From the NCBI RefSeq assembly GCF_009914755.1, contig NC_060944.1: DNA of 64,000 nucleotides; one strand, given 5' to 3'. This document shows, piece by piece, positions 1 through 15,459 of the stretch. Made by a program: the position numbers and the translations under genes. Each line of letters begins with the position of its first letter. The first letter of the stretch is position 1. The stretch is from the human T2T-CHM13v2.0 reference genome, Homo sapiens. The notes below the pieces were generated by a model. It ran no database searches and was not told the origin of the DNA. It saw nothing but the letters and a program-made list of their open reading frames with translations.

Positions 1-290
1 TGGGTATAGACGCAAAAGTAGGGTTGCTGGAACATATAGTAACTCCATGTTTAGTCTGCTGGGGAGATGCCCTATTGTTTTCCTCACCTCATTCATTTTA
101 TATTGCTGTCTGATACTGTACAGTATTTCATTTCACTTGGCTTCACTTACAACCAATGCTGCAGTGACCGTCTCTGGACTTGTCTCCATGTGCACACAGG
201 TGAGTATTTCTCTAAGGTAAGCACTGACCACATCAATGGTATTGGGTCAACAATAGTCTGGATTACCATGTTTAATTTCACTTTACAAGG
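1..290 (-). mobile_element. Old L1M fragments
   Basis: gggtatagac..ttgctggaacatatagtaactccatgttt and aatgctgcagtgac resemble antisense L1 3' region. Confidence 0.6.
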
Positions 291-739
291 GGTTTAGTCT
301 TCGGTGCCAAGTCCACCATCTCCCACGATCTCAGTCTTCCATTGCTTTTGGTGCGCCCCAGTGTCTCTCCCCAGAGCAGGGGGGAACCACTTCCCTTCAC
401 ATTCCTACTTCCTACCCATCGAGAGGCAGGAACACGAACCCCACAGCTGAGCTGGGCTCCCGCTTTCTTTGTCTGTCCTGAGCTGTCTTGCGAGAATAAC
501 ACTCAAGCTCCACTGTTCCCTCCTTGAGTTGTAGTATCGGCAACCTGATGCTCATTCTTCCATTCAAACAGTTTGTGCAGTTTCTGCCACCAGAGGCATC
601 ACCCTCGATAGTGTCTGCTTAATCGATGCCACCCAACCAGTTATTCTTGCCTCAGTTCCACCTCTTCCAGGATGCCTGCCCTGCTTACTACCACCCATTC
701 TTTTCTCTTTCTTTTCTGGACTTAATAATGACAATAATA

Positions 740-950
740 ATAAATAATAGTTACTCTTTATTGAGTCCTATTTGAGAGATGCACATGTGCTCCTTTTTGA
801 ATCCTCACAGAAGCCCTGAGAGGCACATGCTACGGTTTTTCATATTTTACAGCAGAAGAAACAGACACAGAGAGGTTGAGTAACTTTCCCCAGGTTACCT
901 TGCTGTCAAGTGGCAGTGCTGGTTCCAAGCTCACGCAGTCAGGCTCCGAG
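740..950 (-). mobile_element. MIR SINE
   Basis: Antisense MIR core attttacagcagaagaaacagacacagagaggttgagtaact. Confidence 0.8.
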
Positions 951-1630
951 TGTCCTGCGTTTGCCTTGCTGGCCGTCTGAACCGTTCGCTTTGTCACACC
1001 ATCATAAACCGCCTGGCAGTGCCTGTAACTCCCAGTGAGGTCGATACCCTTTTCAAGAGCTGCGCTCTTTCCCTTCCTGGTGTTCTAGGCACGCAGCTGG
1101 TGCCCAGCAAATGCTCTTGACTTCTTGGTCTCATTACTCTCTGTGAGGAAACCTGCAGGCTGTTTTCCAGGAACAAAAGGTAAATAATTTCCTGTCATCA
1201 GAAGCAGTGATGGAAAAGGGGTGTTGTAAAGGCAATCTCTCTGCTTGTGAAAAAGAGGCAAGGAGACACAGCCAAACCAAGAGGCAGAACGAGTCCTCAA
1301 TCCTCATTTCTGAAGGAGAGCTTGATGAATGTTCATGTATTGAAAATGTTTTGATACCTGTAAGGATCACGTATCCAACGATGTGGACAATGACACGGTC
1401 CCCAACCTCAAGGAATCACAGTGGGGAGACTGGGAGATGAAATGCAGCGATGAGAAAGTGTGATTCTTTCCAAGGTCAAGTCATCACAGAGTGAGGGTGC
1501 TTGATGCTTGTGTGTGTGTATACATGTGAGTGCATGTATGTGAGCGTGTGTGTTTAGATGAATGTGTGCTTGCCTCTGTGTGTCTGTACCTAAATGGTTT
1601 TATCAGGAGGGTCTTCCTAAAGAAGCTGAT

Positions 1631-2099
1631 TGTATTATCTGTTGCTGTGTAATGAATTACTCAAAACTTAGCGACTTAAAACAACACATATTTGTCATTT
1701 CACAGTTTCTGTGGGTCAAGATTCCAGGCTTCCTTGAGTACCCTACCTCGCCCCTCAAAAGTCTGCAGTGAAGGCTGAGGTCTCATCTGAAAGCCTGGCT
1801 GGCTGAGGAGGATCCACTTCCAAACTTTCTCGTGGTTATTGTCAGGATTCAGTTTCTTGTGGGCACCAGCTTCCAACAAACCAAGTGAGATAGAGAGAGC
1901 AAGATGGGGTGAGCAACATGGACCCAGCGTAGTTAGGTAACCTTACTTCGAACAGACATCCCATCACTTTCACTATATTCTATTTGTTAGAAGTGAGTTG
2001 GTAGGTTCAGCTCATACTCAAGGGGTGGGACTTGCACAAAGCTGTGAACGCTAGCAGGGCAAGGACCATTGAGGGACATCCTAGAGCTACCTGCTACCC
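1631..2099 (-). mobile_element. MLT1 (MaLR) solo LTR
   Basis: Starts tgtattat..gtaatgaattactcaaaacttagcgacttaaaacaaca, the typical antisense MLT1 end. Confidence 0.75.
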
Positions 2100-2119
2100 T
2101 GATTCTTCAACTGAGTTAG

Positions 2120-2457
<338 letters not shown>

Positions 2458-2671
2458 TCAACTGAGTTTTTATGCATGACCAGGAGTTCATCAGATGAGT
2501 AAGGATAATAAGTGGTTCTGGGTGGCAAGAAGCCAGCCAGCGGGAGCCCAGACATGGAAGAAAACACGCAGCATCAGGGGAAGACAGTGTGGCTATGTGG
2601 GTTGTGCGTGTGTGCATGTTTGTGGCATGTGGTGTGCTTGTGTGTGCACACATACGCAGTTCTGCATACAT

Positions 2672-2949
2672 AGTTAGAAAGTTAGAAAATAGAAAAAATA
2701 AGACCTTGTATTTGCTAACACAGCAGTCAATAATAGTCAGTAATAAAGTAATTGTATACAAAAAATAACTCAAAGATTATAATTGGATTGGTTGTAACAC
2801 AAAGGGTAAATACTTGAGGGGCTGGATAGTCCATTCTCCATGATGTGTTTCTAATGCATTGCATGCCTGTATCAAAACATCTCATGTACCCCCTAAATAT
2901 ATATGCCTACTATGGACCCACAAAAATTAAAATAAAAAATTAAAAAAAA
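2672..2949 (+). mobile_element. L1MA-type 3' end
   Basis: cattgcatgcctgtatcaaaacatctcatgtacccc..cccacaaaaattaaa plus A-rich tail. Confidence 0.85.
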
Positions 2950-3174
2950 GATTTCATGAGGGAGAGAGGGTCAATTGACAAAACCCATCTAAAAGGCATT
3001 TTAGGGTGGGGGTGATCATGAAAGAAGGTTGAGAAAAACACTGCTCTAGAGAAGTCAGAGAACCATTTATTGAATATTTATAACATACGGGCACTGTGTT
3101 AAGCAGTGTACGTACGCCACCTCATGCAATTCTGCAACAATCTTTGTATTGTCTGTGTTTGATGGAGAAGGAAA

Positions 3175-3795
3175 TGGGTGGGCAGCTTCTGGCAGCTTCT
3201 TCTGACATGGCCCTGAATGACCCCCTCTCCTTGTGTGTGCCTTATATAATTCCCCTTGCTTGAGTGTGGGCTGGGCCTGGTGACTTGCTCCTAACAAATT
3301 GAAGATGGCAGAAGTTATGAGATGTCACTTCTATGATAAAGTCATAAAGACTGATTTCCTTTATAACCTGATCATGTAAGTGACGCTCCTCTGGCACAGT
3401 CTCTCTGGCTTTTCTGCTGTGGCTGCTCCAACAAAGCAAGCAGGAGAGACCCATGTGGCAAGGAACTGAGGGCATGTCCTGCCAATCGTCAGCAAGAAAG
3501 CGAGGCCCTTAGTCCGACAGGTACCCGAAGGGACCCAAATCCTGGGTCCCGAATCCTGCCAAAAACCACAGGAGTGAGCTTTGACGTGGATCCCTTTCCC
3601 AGTTGAGCCTTCAGATAAGACCATGTCCCAGGCTGACAGCTTGATTGCAGCCTAGTGACAGAACCTGGGCCAAGGACTCAGGGAAGCCATGCCTGGATTC
3701 CTGACCCACAGACATGGTAAGATAGTAACTGTGTGTTGTTTTAAGCCTTTAACTTTTGAGGTGATTTTAAAATGCAGTAGTCGAGAACTAATACA
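3175..3795 (+). mobile_element. MLT1 (F-like) solo LTR inserted in a - strand MIR (MIR pieces about 3060-3170 and 3796-3895)
   Basis: Ends in ctaataca; contains ttgagtgtgggctgggcctggtgacttgct; MIR resumes gaggctcagagagg. Confidence 0.75.
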
Positions 3796-3948
3796 GAAAC
3801 AGAGAGGCTCAGAGAGGTGGAGAGACTTGTCTGAGGTTACATATTTAAGATTTCAAGCCAGGTGTGCTGATTCCCAGCTCAAGTCTCTTTAGCACCACCC
3901 TTTGTGCCTCTAGGGTCTTGATCACAGTGGCCTTAAAGGCTTGATGCA

Positions 3949-4446
<498 letters not shown>

Positions 4447-5109
4447 TCAGAGGCAGAAAAAAATATACCCCCTTGCTTTTCTTCCACCAGGATGTTTTGA
4501 AGAGGAATGCCTCTTCAGGGAGCGGGCAAGGAGAGGAGGGGGCTGTGTCAGGGTGCCGACTGTTTTCTGGTGATAGTAACAGAGACCCGAGGGGAATATC
4601 TGAGCTTGGATAGTCACTGCAGTGGCTCAGTCACGACACATACCCCCCTCTCCCCCACAGGCAGCCTCTCTGCGGCCACCCGCGGCCCCCAAATGAGAGC
4701 CGCCTGGGAGTCTCACGCCTTTCATTTCCTTGTGACAATAGCAGAGGAAAATAGCTTTCTGGACTCAGCCCGACACTGATAATTAAAGGAACACTTTATC
4801 ACCAGCAAGGGTGGAAACACCCACCAATGGCCTTCCAGAAAAAGAAAAAAAAAATTAAAAAAGACTTGGTCCCATCAGTCTCTTCTCTTCATATGGAAAT
4901 AGCTGGCTGGTTTGTGAGTCCTAGCTCTGTTGATTTCTTCTCTGTATTTCTGCAACGGGGATGCAGAGGACACACTTCTCAGGCTAAGATTTTTGGTTTC
5001 GTTTCATGTTTCTGCATGGACCTGCATTCTAGGTCCTCTCCATCTCTTTGGCTTCCTGTGGCCATTGTGTTAGATAAGATCTAAAGTCAGTTGCTGAGGG
5101 GCTCTGCAA

Positions 5110-5670
5110 GGCCCTGGCGTGATCACTAGAGTGCAAGAGATGGGACTTTGGACTCAGGCCTAGATGCCAGCAATGGTTCTGGCATTTTCTAGCGGTGTGA
5201 ACCTGGGTAAGTTACTGGACTTTTCTCAGCCTCAGTTTCCTGACCTGTCAAATGGTAGTGTGCATCAAGCAGGTGGTTGTAAAGATTAAAAGAGTTTTTT
5301 TTTTTCCTGAGAGAAGGTCTTGCTCTGTTGCCCAGGCTGCAGTACAGTGACTCAATCACAGCTCACTGCAGCCTCGACCTTCTGGGCTCAAGAGATCCTC
5401 CCACCTCAGCCTCCCAAGTAGCTGGGACCACAGGTAAAAGCCACCACACCTGGCTAATTTTTGTACTTTTTGTAGAGATGGGGTTTTACTATGTTGCCCA
5501 GGCTGGTCTGGAACTGCTGGGCTCAAGCTATCCTCTTGCCTTGGCCTCCCAAAATGCTAGGATTACAGGTTGTGAGCCACCACGCCCAGCCTGGATTAGA
5601 AGAGATGTCTCAGATAAAGCACTTGACATAGGACCTGGCATACACAAAGCACTCCAAAAACCTTAGCAAA
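5110..5670 (+). mobile_element. MIR split by an Alu
   Basis: cctcagtttcctgacctgtcaaatgg upstream of the Alu; gataaagcacttgac..cctggcatac downstream. Confidence 0.75.
5295..5591 (-). mobile_element. AluJ
   Basis: AluJ pattern cacagctcactgcagcctcgac; TSD gattaaaagag (5284-5294) / gattagaagag (5594-5604). Confidence 0.95.
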
Positions 5671-6199
5671 ATACTGATGCAAGTAGAGACTGTGGGGGAG
5701 AGTAGCTGGGTAGGATGAGATAGAGTAAACCCTGTAATCCCTGAAGATCATGCCCACTAATCTCACTCTGCTCACCCCAAAGCCTGGACTTCCTCCTAAG
5801 AACACCAGCTCTTGGGCCTTCCCCAAAATCAGAATGTTTTTGTCTTGTTTGTTTTCTATGAGGGACAATAATTGATAGTAATAAGGTCATTCAAGTATGT
5901 GTGATATTGTCCAGGAACCTATGGTTGGGGATTAAGGAAACTAGACTGGTTTGTATTTCTCTTGGGTGGTTTGAAATGAAAGATCCATCTTGATGTGGGT
6001 GTGCGTGTGTGTCTGTGTGTGTTTCTGAATGTGAGATTTTCACTTTGTTTGTCCTTAAAGCGATAATTCTGACCAGAGGCTAACAGGTGAGATATGATGG
6101 AGAGTTCTGTAGTGGGAATCTGGCCACTGTATGAGGCTCCAGGGTGTTCTGTCCTGTTCTCTCAGGGTGTATAGCCCCATTCCAGCTCAAGCAGCTGTG

Positions 6200-6390
6200 T
6201 TGATTCCACACCTATAGGCTCTATGATGTTGGGCAAGTGGATTCACCTGTCTTAGCCTTTATTTCATCATCTGTAAAATGGGACTAATAATCATCCCCAT
6301 CTCATATGATTGTTGTGGGGGTTATATCTGACGGTTCTCAAGAGCTTTGGCAAAGTGGCAGCTACATAGTGGGAGCTCAGTAAACAGCAA
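6200..6390 (+). mobile_element. MIR
   Basis: ttgggcaagtgg..catctgtaaaatgggactaataat core. Confidence 0.8.
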
Positions 6391-6449
6391 TGGTACTGAT
6401 GGTGGGAGGATAACTGTCTCTTTGAGGAGCTCCTCAAAGTCCCCTGCAA

Positions 6450-6830
6450 CAGGGACCCCAGCACTTGGGAGGTGTTGAGGGTGTGCTCTCAGGATCAATG
6501 GAATGAGAGAAGCAGGATGGAGCAGGGGAAGGAGCAGAATAAGGCTGTGGTTTCAGCTGGTGTTGAGCTTCAGACTTAGCCCATGGAATGAGTGGGTGGT
6601 GGGTGGGGTCTGCAGTGTAAATTGCACAGAAGTGGTTTGACCCCTAGGTCATTGCTCATGGGCTGCTTCCTGGCGTGGAAATGGGGCCTCCCTTTTGGAA
6701 GAAGGCAATTTATTGGAGAAGAGGGCAGTGAAGAGCCTTTAGAAGCCAATGCTTCCACACCCACAGGACCTAGGGATGGGCATCTGCCTGGTGAACAGGA
6801 TCTGGATGGGGCATGAACAGAACTGTTACA
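6450..6830 (-). mobile_element. Ancient ERVL LTR (LTR16/LTR33-like)
   Basis: gtgctctcaggatcaa..gaagcaggatggagcaggggaagg resembles antisense LTR16. Confidence 0.4.
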
Positions 6831-7624
6831 CTTCTTTATTCCTGGAAGACTGAGACATCATGGTGTTTGCTGTTTCTAGGCAAACTTTTATGGGTTCCTG
6901 GCCTGTGATGGGGGCAGTGGCTTGGCATATTGCTCACTTACCTCAGGCCTCAAGTGGTATCATTAACCCAGAGTTGAATTTTCTTCATTTCTACAGCCCT
7001 GGCAGCATCAGGCAGCGGAAATGAGAAGATGTCTCAGCCCTTTGCATAGTCCTTTCTGTCCTTTGCCGGAAATGAAAGCAGCCAGAAACACTGCCTGCGC
7101 AGAGGCCAAAGAGATGAGATCCTAGCAGTCGTGCGAGAAATCACTGTAAAAAGCACATTGCCATGGGGACAGAGAAAAGGATATCACCAGGCAGTCCCCA
7201 GGGAAGTGTGGGGTCTTGGAAGCCCATCAGAAGACTTCCCAGGGGTGTGAACAGAATGCGGCTCTGTGCTAGAGGTTGAGCATTTTCAATTCAGGAGATT
7301 TGTTATAATTCGGTTCTGTCCTTGCAGATAAAGTGGATGTTAGAGTTTGACGGATGCAGTCTCTTTGGCTCGGGATGCGATGGCAATGAGATAGAAGAGT
7401 GTCTCAGGGCTGGGATGGGAGGAGGGACCCTGGAATCAGAGGAGATGCAGGCCTGAGAGAAGCTGTGTCTTAGGAGTTAAAGACCCAATCAGGGCACACA
7501 GCCAGCAATCCTCAAATGAGAGGAAGTAGCTTGAAAGCAGCTGATCCTTATAATTGGGGCATGGAGGAGTGGGGCACAGTGGAGTCAGTGTCTGGAATGG
7601 AGGCTGTGTTTAAACTCATTTTTC

Positions 7625-7820
7625 TATCTACTCACCCATCACCCATCCATCCATCCATCCATCCATCCATCCATCCACCCACCCACCCACTCATCCATCC
7701 ATCCATCCATCCATCCATCCACCCACCCACCCACCCACTCATCCATCCATCCATCCACTCACCCACCCATCCAGCCATTCATCTATCCACCCACCCACCC
7801 ACCCACCCACCCATCCATTC
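7625..7820. repeat. Compound (CCAT)n/(CCAC)n tetranucleotide repeat
   Basis: Directly visible. Confidence 0.95.
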
Positions 7821-7829
7821 CTTACCATT

Positions 7830-8045
7830 AATTTAAAACATTAAAAAATAATTCATGTGGAAAAATTCAAATAGAAGAAAAGGATAAAAAGTAAGTCCCA
7901 GATCTTAGTCACTTTGTTTTTCTCCCTAGAGAGAAACAGTTGTTAGTTTCTTTTAGTTCCTTCCAGAAATATTTTGTGAACACACAAGCATACCTGTGTA
8001 CACACGGTAGCAACCTATACCTTCTATGCTGTGTCTTGCTCTCAG
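7830..8045 (-). mobile_element. L1ME 3' fragment
   Basis: ccctagagagaaacagttgttagtttctttt..ccttccagaaatattt pattern. Confidence 0.55.
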
Positions 8046-8079
8046 CATGCCTTAAAGACACAGATGGCATTTCTGTGCC

Positions 8080-8440
8080 AGTTAAGGCAAGCTTCAGGTG
8101 TGCCATGCATCTTCCAAGAACCTGAGTGAGTGAAGATAATCACAGCCACAGGCTTTGAAAAGTTCTGCCAAGTGGCTTCATAGAAATCAAACATCAGTAA
8201 GATCTAATTGTTCACTTTCTGTCTGAGTAGAGACAGCTGGAGTTTCATTCATCTGCATCACTTGGTTATAAATGGTTTTCTTTCCTGCTTTTCCAATCCT
8301 GAATATAAATTAACAGTATTTTCCACTGATGTGGCTAAGTAGTAACTAGTTTTTCACAACAGAACCATTCAGAATGTACCTGTTGTTATTTTAACGAAGT
8401 TCACGCCTGTTGATGAATGAGGGCCCCCTTTATCCACATG
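8080..8440. mobile_element. Possible ancient hAT (Tip100-like) DNA transposon fragment
   Basis: General resemblance only; ends near gggcccc. Confidence 0.3.
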
Positions 8441-8626
8441 CAAAATTTCGTTTTCATGCCCGATTCATCATTTTCCCCAACTTTTATTTTGAGACATTTC
8501 AAACCTATATAAAAGGTAAAACCATAGTACAATAACCGCCCTTACATCCTTCCTTTATACTCATAATTTGTTGGCATTTGACATTTTTTCCACATTAAAA
8601 TTCAAAAATTTTTTTTCTGAAGCTAT

Positions 8627-8985
8627 TGGAAATGGTTTGGCTTTGTGCCCCCACCCAAATCTCACTTTGAATTGTAATAATCCCTATGTGTCAAGGTTGG
8701 GACCAGGTGGAGATAATGGAATCATGGGGGCAGTTTCCCCCGTGCTGTTCTCGTGATAGTGAGTGAGTTCTCAGGAGATCTGATGGTTTTATAAGGGGCT
8801 TCCCCCTTCGCTCAGCTCTCATTCTCTCTCCTGCCATCCTGTGAGGAGGCGTTGTCCACCACGATTGTAAGTTTCCTGAGGCCTCCCCCGCCATGCTGAA
8901 CTGTGAGTCATTTAAACCTCTTTTCTTTATGAATTACTCAGTCTTGGGTATTTCTTCACTGAAGTGCGAGAAGAGACTAATATAC
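8627..8985 (+). mobile_element. THE1 (likely THE1D) solo LTR
   Basis: atggtttggctttgtgccccacccaaatctc..gagatctgatggttttataagggg..gactaatata. Confidence 0.9.
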
Positions 8986-9329
8986 TCTTTGAAAGTAGGT
9001 TGCAGACCCAATGAACTTTTACCTCTAAAAACTTCATCCTGCATCTCCTAAGAACAAGGACATTCTCCTACATGACCACAGTACCATTATCACACCCAAC
9101 AAGTTAATACTGATACAGCAATTTTACCTAATATAAAGTCCATATTCAAATTTCCCCAACTATCTCATTATCAGTCTTTGAAAATACACTTTCTGCCTTG
9201 ATCCAGTATGAATCAAGGATCACCATTGAATTTAGTCGTCATGTCTCTTAGAGTTCTTTAATCTAGAATGTTCCCCACACTTCCCTCCCCTTGCCTTTTT
9301 TCTTTCCATCCCTCATGACATTGACATTC

Positions 9330-9639
<310 letters not shown>

Positions 9640-10447
9640 TGAAGAACTGGCCATTTCTTTTCTGGAATGTTCAATAATTTGGATTTGTCTGATTACTTCT
9701 TGTGATTAGATTTAGGATAAACGTTTTTTGGCAGGTGTAATACACAGAGAAGTTTTTTTCTCCCCATTTCATCATGTTGGGAGGCATATAATGTCAATAA
9801 TGATCCATTATTGGCGATGCTACATTTGAGCACTTTTTAAAGAAATCTGTGGGATTTCTCAACCACAAAGGTACTTTTTTCCTTTTGTAAGTAATAAGTG
9901 AGGCTACGTTTCTATTTTGTTCCCAACTGCCTTTCCCCAGTGGTTTTAGCATCCACTGATGATCCTTGCCTGAATAATTATTGTCTTGGTGGTAACAATT
10001 TTCTAGTTATGTCATTCATTTTACACTTATTAGCTGGTACTGTGCAAAGAAGCACTTCATTTACCCCCCCGACGCTGCCCCATCCCTCCTCCTCACTTTA
10101 AAATTTCTTAGTTTTAGTATCACTGGTCTTATGGACTCTCCCCACTTCCCCAAGATTTGGCCAGTGGGAGTCCCTTCGAGCTGGCTTCTTTGACCTTGTG
10201 ACATGCCTCCATCAGTTTTGGGGCACTTCCTTACATTCTGGCACAAGGTGTTGCCCAGAAATGGAATCAATTATGTCTCCTTTTAAGGGGTGCATAGTAT
10301 TTAGAAACCCAGATCTGGGTGCTGGGTAAGCTTTCATGACATTGGAGTGTCATTACTTTTAGTTCTTCTGGATGGAGAGCCAGGGTATATGTCTGTTTAA
10401 ACTATGACCTCATAGTGAGACCACTATTTGTTTCTGAGTAACACTGA

Positions 10448-10771
<324 letters not shown>

Positions 10772-11706
10772 AGAGTTTCTGTTCATTTTCTAAGAATCAT
10801 TTTTTTCCCCTTCATTCTTCAGATTGGGTAATTCTTGCCCATCTCCCCCATTCCATATTTATATCTTCATTCACCCACAGTGGAAATCCTCGTTTTAGTA
10901 AAATTAGTATATTGACTCATTTGTTCTATCATGCAACACACAAGATACTTCCAGAATTACTGTACTGTTACCACTATCAACAATAAATCTACTAAATCAA
11001 GTTTAGTAACTATACGTGTGTGTATATATATAAAGGTATATATATAGGTTTTTTTATATGCATATACACACACACACACATTCCTTACCATTATCTTGGT
11101 GTGTCCTCCACCTAGTTCTCCACCCCAAAGATCTAGAAGTAAGCTTTAGTTACTTGAATCAATTATTTTCCCTGTGGAGTACATTATTTATATTTGCTGT
11201 ACTGTTAGAATTATTTGTTTCTGCTTGCATTCAATTCTAGGAATAGCTTCTTTCTACCCCTTTTGATATAATTTACATGGTTCAAAAGCAAAACTACATA
11301 AAAATATGCTTGGAGAAGTCTCCCTCCCATCTTTTTCCCTTTCACCCTATTCTTATCCATACACTATAGCAAATAATTTCATTAGTTTCTGGTGTGGAGG
11401 TACCATATTTCATTCAATCAGTCTGTCACGGATGGACATTTAGATTGCTTCCTGTCTTTTGTTATTATCAATGCTGCTGCAATGAATAATCTGTGTATAT
11501 CCTTTTTTCATAATTGTTTAGCAATTGATATGCAGGATAATCTGCTAAAAGTTGGATTGGTGGGTCAAAGAGTAAATACGTATGTGATTTTGATAGATCT
11601 GGCCAAATTTCCCTCCTTAGGGATTAACCCATTATGCACTCCTACCAACAATGTGTGAAGAGTCTTTTTCCCCACTGCCTGGTCAGCAGAGTTGGGTGGT
11701 AAGCTT

Positions 11707-12016
11707 CTTTTTTTTTTTTTTTTTTTTTTTTTTGACATGGAGTCTCACTCTGTCCCTCAGGCTGGTGTGCAATGGCATGATCTCGGCTCACTACAACCTC
11801 CGCCTCCCAGGATCAAATGATTCTCCTGCCTCAGCCTCCTAAGTAGCTGGGACTACAGGCATGTGCCACCACACCCGGCTAATTTTTTTGTATTTTTAGT
11901 AAAGAAAGGGTTTCAGCATGTTGGTCAGGCTGGTCTTGAACTCCTGACCTCAAATGATCCGCCCGCTTCAGCTTCTAAAGTGCTGGGATTATAGGCATGA
12001 GCCACCGTGCCTGGCC
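11707..12016 (-). mobile_element. AluS
   Basis: Long T tract, full dimer, TSD gtggtaagctt / gtggcaagctt. Confidence 0.95.
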
Positions 12017-12074
12017 AGTGGCAAGCTTTTGAATTTGCCAATATGATAAAGGAGAAATGATATATCAGGGTAGT

Positions 12075-12630
12075 TTTTTTTTAAACATTTGTGTTCAGGG
12101 GTACATGTAAAGGTTTGTTACATAGGTGAGCTCATGTCACATCACGAGGGTTTGTTGTACAGATTATTTCATCACCCCAGTACTAAGCCTAGTACCCAAT
12201 AGTTATTTTTTCTAATCCTCTCCCTCCTCCCACCCTCCACCCTCCAGTAAACCCCAGTGTCTGCTGTTTTCTTTTTTTGTGTTCATAAGTTCTTACCATT
12301 CAGCTCCCACTTACAAGTGAGAACAAGTGGTATTGGTTTTCTGTTCTTGTGTTAGTTTGCTAAAGCTAATGGCCTCCAGCTTCATTCATGTTCCTGGAAA
12401 AGATATGATCTCGTTCTTTTTTATGGCTGCATAGTATTCCATGGTGTATATGTACCACGTTTTCTTTATTCAATCTGTCATTGGTGGGCATTTAGGTTGC
12501 TTCCACGTCTTTGCTTTGTGAATAGTGCTGCAGTGAACATTCGTGTGCATGTGTCTTTATGGTAGAATGATTTATACTCCTTTGAGTATATACTCAGTAA
12601 TGGGATTCCTGGGTCAAATAGTAGTTCATA
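12075..12630 (-). mobile_element. L1PA (PA13-16-like) 3' fragment
   Basis: ggggtacatgtaaaggtttgttacatagg..agcctagtacccaatag; atggctgcatagtattccatgg. Confidence 0.9.
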
Positions 12631-12666
12631 TCCAGGTAGTTTTAATTTTCATTTCTTTTCTTATGA

Positions 12667-13077
<411 letters not shown>

Positions 13078-13544
13078 TAAAGTAGAGAGATTAGCCTGTA
13101 TCTATATGTAAGTATACATATAGATACAGATGCATCCCGCTCACTCTCTTTATCTATGTGTAATATATTATTAGCTAGAAAATTAATTGCAAATACTTTC
13201 TCCTGTTTTCTACTTGTCTTCTGAGTTTGCTTAACTTTGTTAATGTAGTCATAATCCGTCATTTTAATTCATGGTTTTGTAGTTTCGAAACTCTGGAGTC
13301 AGTTTTGAGATTTCTTTCTTTTGCATGCCTATAGTCAACTAATTACCAAGATCTGATGTTTTCTTTTTCGTAATATTTCTTGAATGTGAGGTTTTTCTTT
13401 CCACAGATTCATGGCTAACATCCTGGCCATTCTGCCCACATTGCTATGAGTTTCATTCTCCTGGTTCCAGGTTTTTTGACCCTTTGCTACCCGAATGATC
13501 TTCTTAGTCCTGTTAATATTGTCCTGCAAGTTTCTGAGGTTCTG

Positions 13545-13736
13545 TTTTTTCTTTTTTTCTTTTTTTGAGACAGGGTTTCTCTCTGACACCTAGGCTGAAG
13601 TGCAGTGGCCCGATCTTGGCTCACTGCAACCTCTGCCTCCCAAGCTCAAGCAATCCTCCCACCTGAGCCTCCTGAGTAGGTGGGAGTACAGGCATGTGCT
13701 ACCACGCCTGGATAATTTTTGTATTTTTTGTATTTT
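13545..13736 (-). mobile_element. Alu right arm only (FRAM or truncated AluJ)
   Basis: Right monomer and linker, no left monomer. Confidence 0.85.
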
Positions 13737-13762
13737 CTGTTCATTTTTAACAGAACCTGAGA

Positions 13763-14057
13763 GGCTGGGTATGGTGGCTCACGCCTGTAATCCGAGAACT
13801 TTGGGAGGCTGAGGCGGGCAGATCGCTTCAGCCCAGGAGTTCAAGACCAGCCTGGGTAACGTGGTGAAACCTCGTCTCTACAAAAAATACAAAAATTAGC
13901 TGGGCATGGTGGTGCACACCTGTAGTCCCAGCTACTCAGGGGGCTGAGGTGGGAGGATCACCTGAGCCCCGGAGGTAGTGAGCCATGATCGCACCACTGC
14001 ACTCCAACCTGGGTGACAGAGTGAGACCCGGTCTCAAAAACCAAAAAAATCCAAAAC
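13763..14057 (+). mobile_element. AluJ
   Basis: ggctgggtatggtggctcac..gaggtgggaggatcacctgagccc. Confidence 0.9.
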
Positions 14058-15072
14058 ACATTTTCTTGCTCTTTTCTTCAGATTGGATAATTTACATGGA
14101 CCTATCTTTAAGGTGTAACTTTTCCCCACGTCATTTACATTCTGCTGTTAAACTTGTCCCCTAATTTTAAATTTCATATGATGTATTTTTCAGTTCTAGA
14201 ATTTCCATTTGGTTTCTAGTTATATTTTTCTTTTCCTGCTGAGGTTTCCTATTTTGAATATTATGTGGTAGAGACTTTAGATTCTTATTTGCCAAAGAGT
14301 GCAGATTTTTTAAGCAGATAATTGAGTTGGTTGAACGAAAACTGCAAAGTCTGTCTCTAGTGAGACAGCTAATATCTCAGTTCAGCTTTTTTTTTTTTTT
14401 TTTAACCTTCATTTAGGCTGCTTGAAATCTGCCCCATGCAGTTCAGGGGTTAGACCGAGATTTGGACAACGTTTATACACAGAATCCCACTCCCTACCAT
14501 GCCATCTTGGATCTCTCTCCTCCAGGTTTTCCCTCACTTTGTGGTTACTTTGAACTTTGTCCACTGGTTGGTCAGGCTACAAAGACTATGGGTTCTCTAT
14601 CAGAATTGTAGCTGCTCATGCAGCGCTGACTGTGGCCTGACCTCTGGCTAAAAGCCACAAAAATTCAGGAAACTAACCTCTTGCCTTTCCTTTCTTCCAA
14701 GTATCAGCTCTTCGTTAGAGCTTGCCTGCTTTTGTTGGCTTTCCAGTACCTTCATGTAGTTTTGCCCCTCACCCCCGAGTTTATCATTGTTATCTGTGGG
14801 AGGGTCAGTCCAATAGGAGCTCACTCAGCAAAGAGCAGAACTCCAATTAATCTTTTAAAAACGCTTTTCTCTTTTCCCTTTTTTGTCAAGAACCAGCTCC
14901 TCTTTTACTTGTCGTATTTTATTGGTCAGGATGAGCAGGGCTAGAACTTTAAAATACTCAAAACAGTTTGGGTTCCTGTTTTCTAATCTGTGGTGCCTTT
15001 ACATAGGGTTGAGACCCAACAACATAGTCTTTATTTAACCATAGAAAATGAAAATATTCATGTGCTGTCTGA

Positions 15073-15459
<387 letters not shown>

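Noticed and set aside
585-600. CTCF-like ccaccagaggca
   Set aside because: Lacks the conserved GGC spacing of the core motif
7516-7836. ORF with PSIH/PPTH repeats
   Set aside because: Translation of the CCAT/CCAC microsatellite
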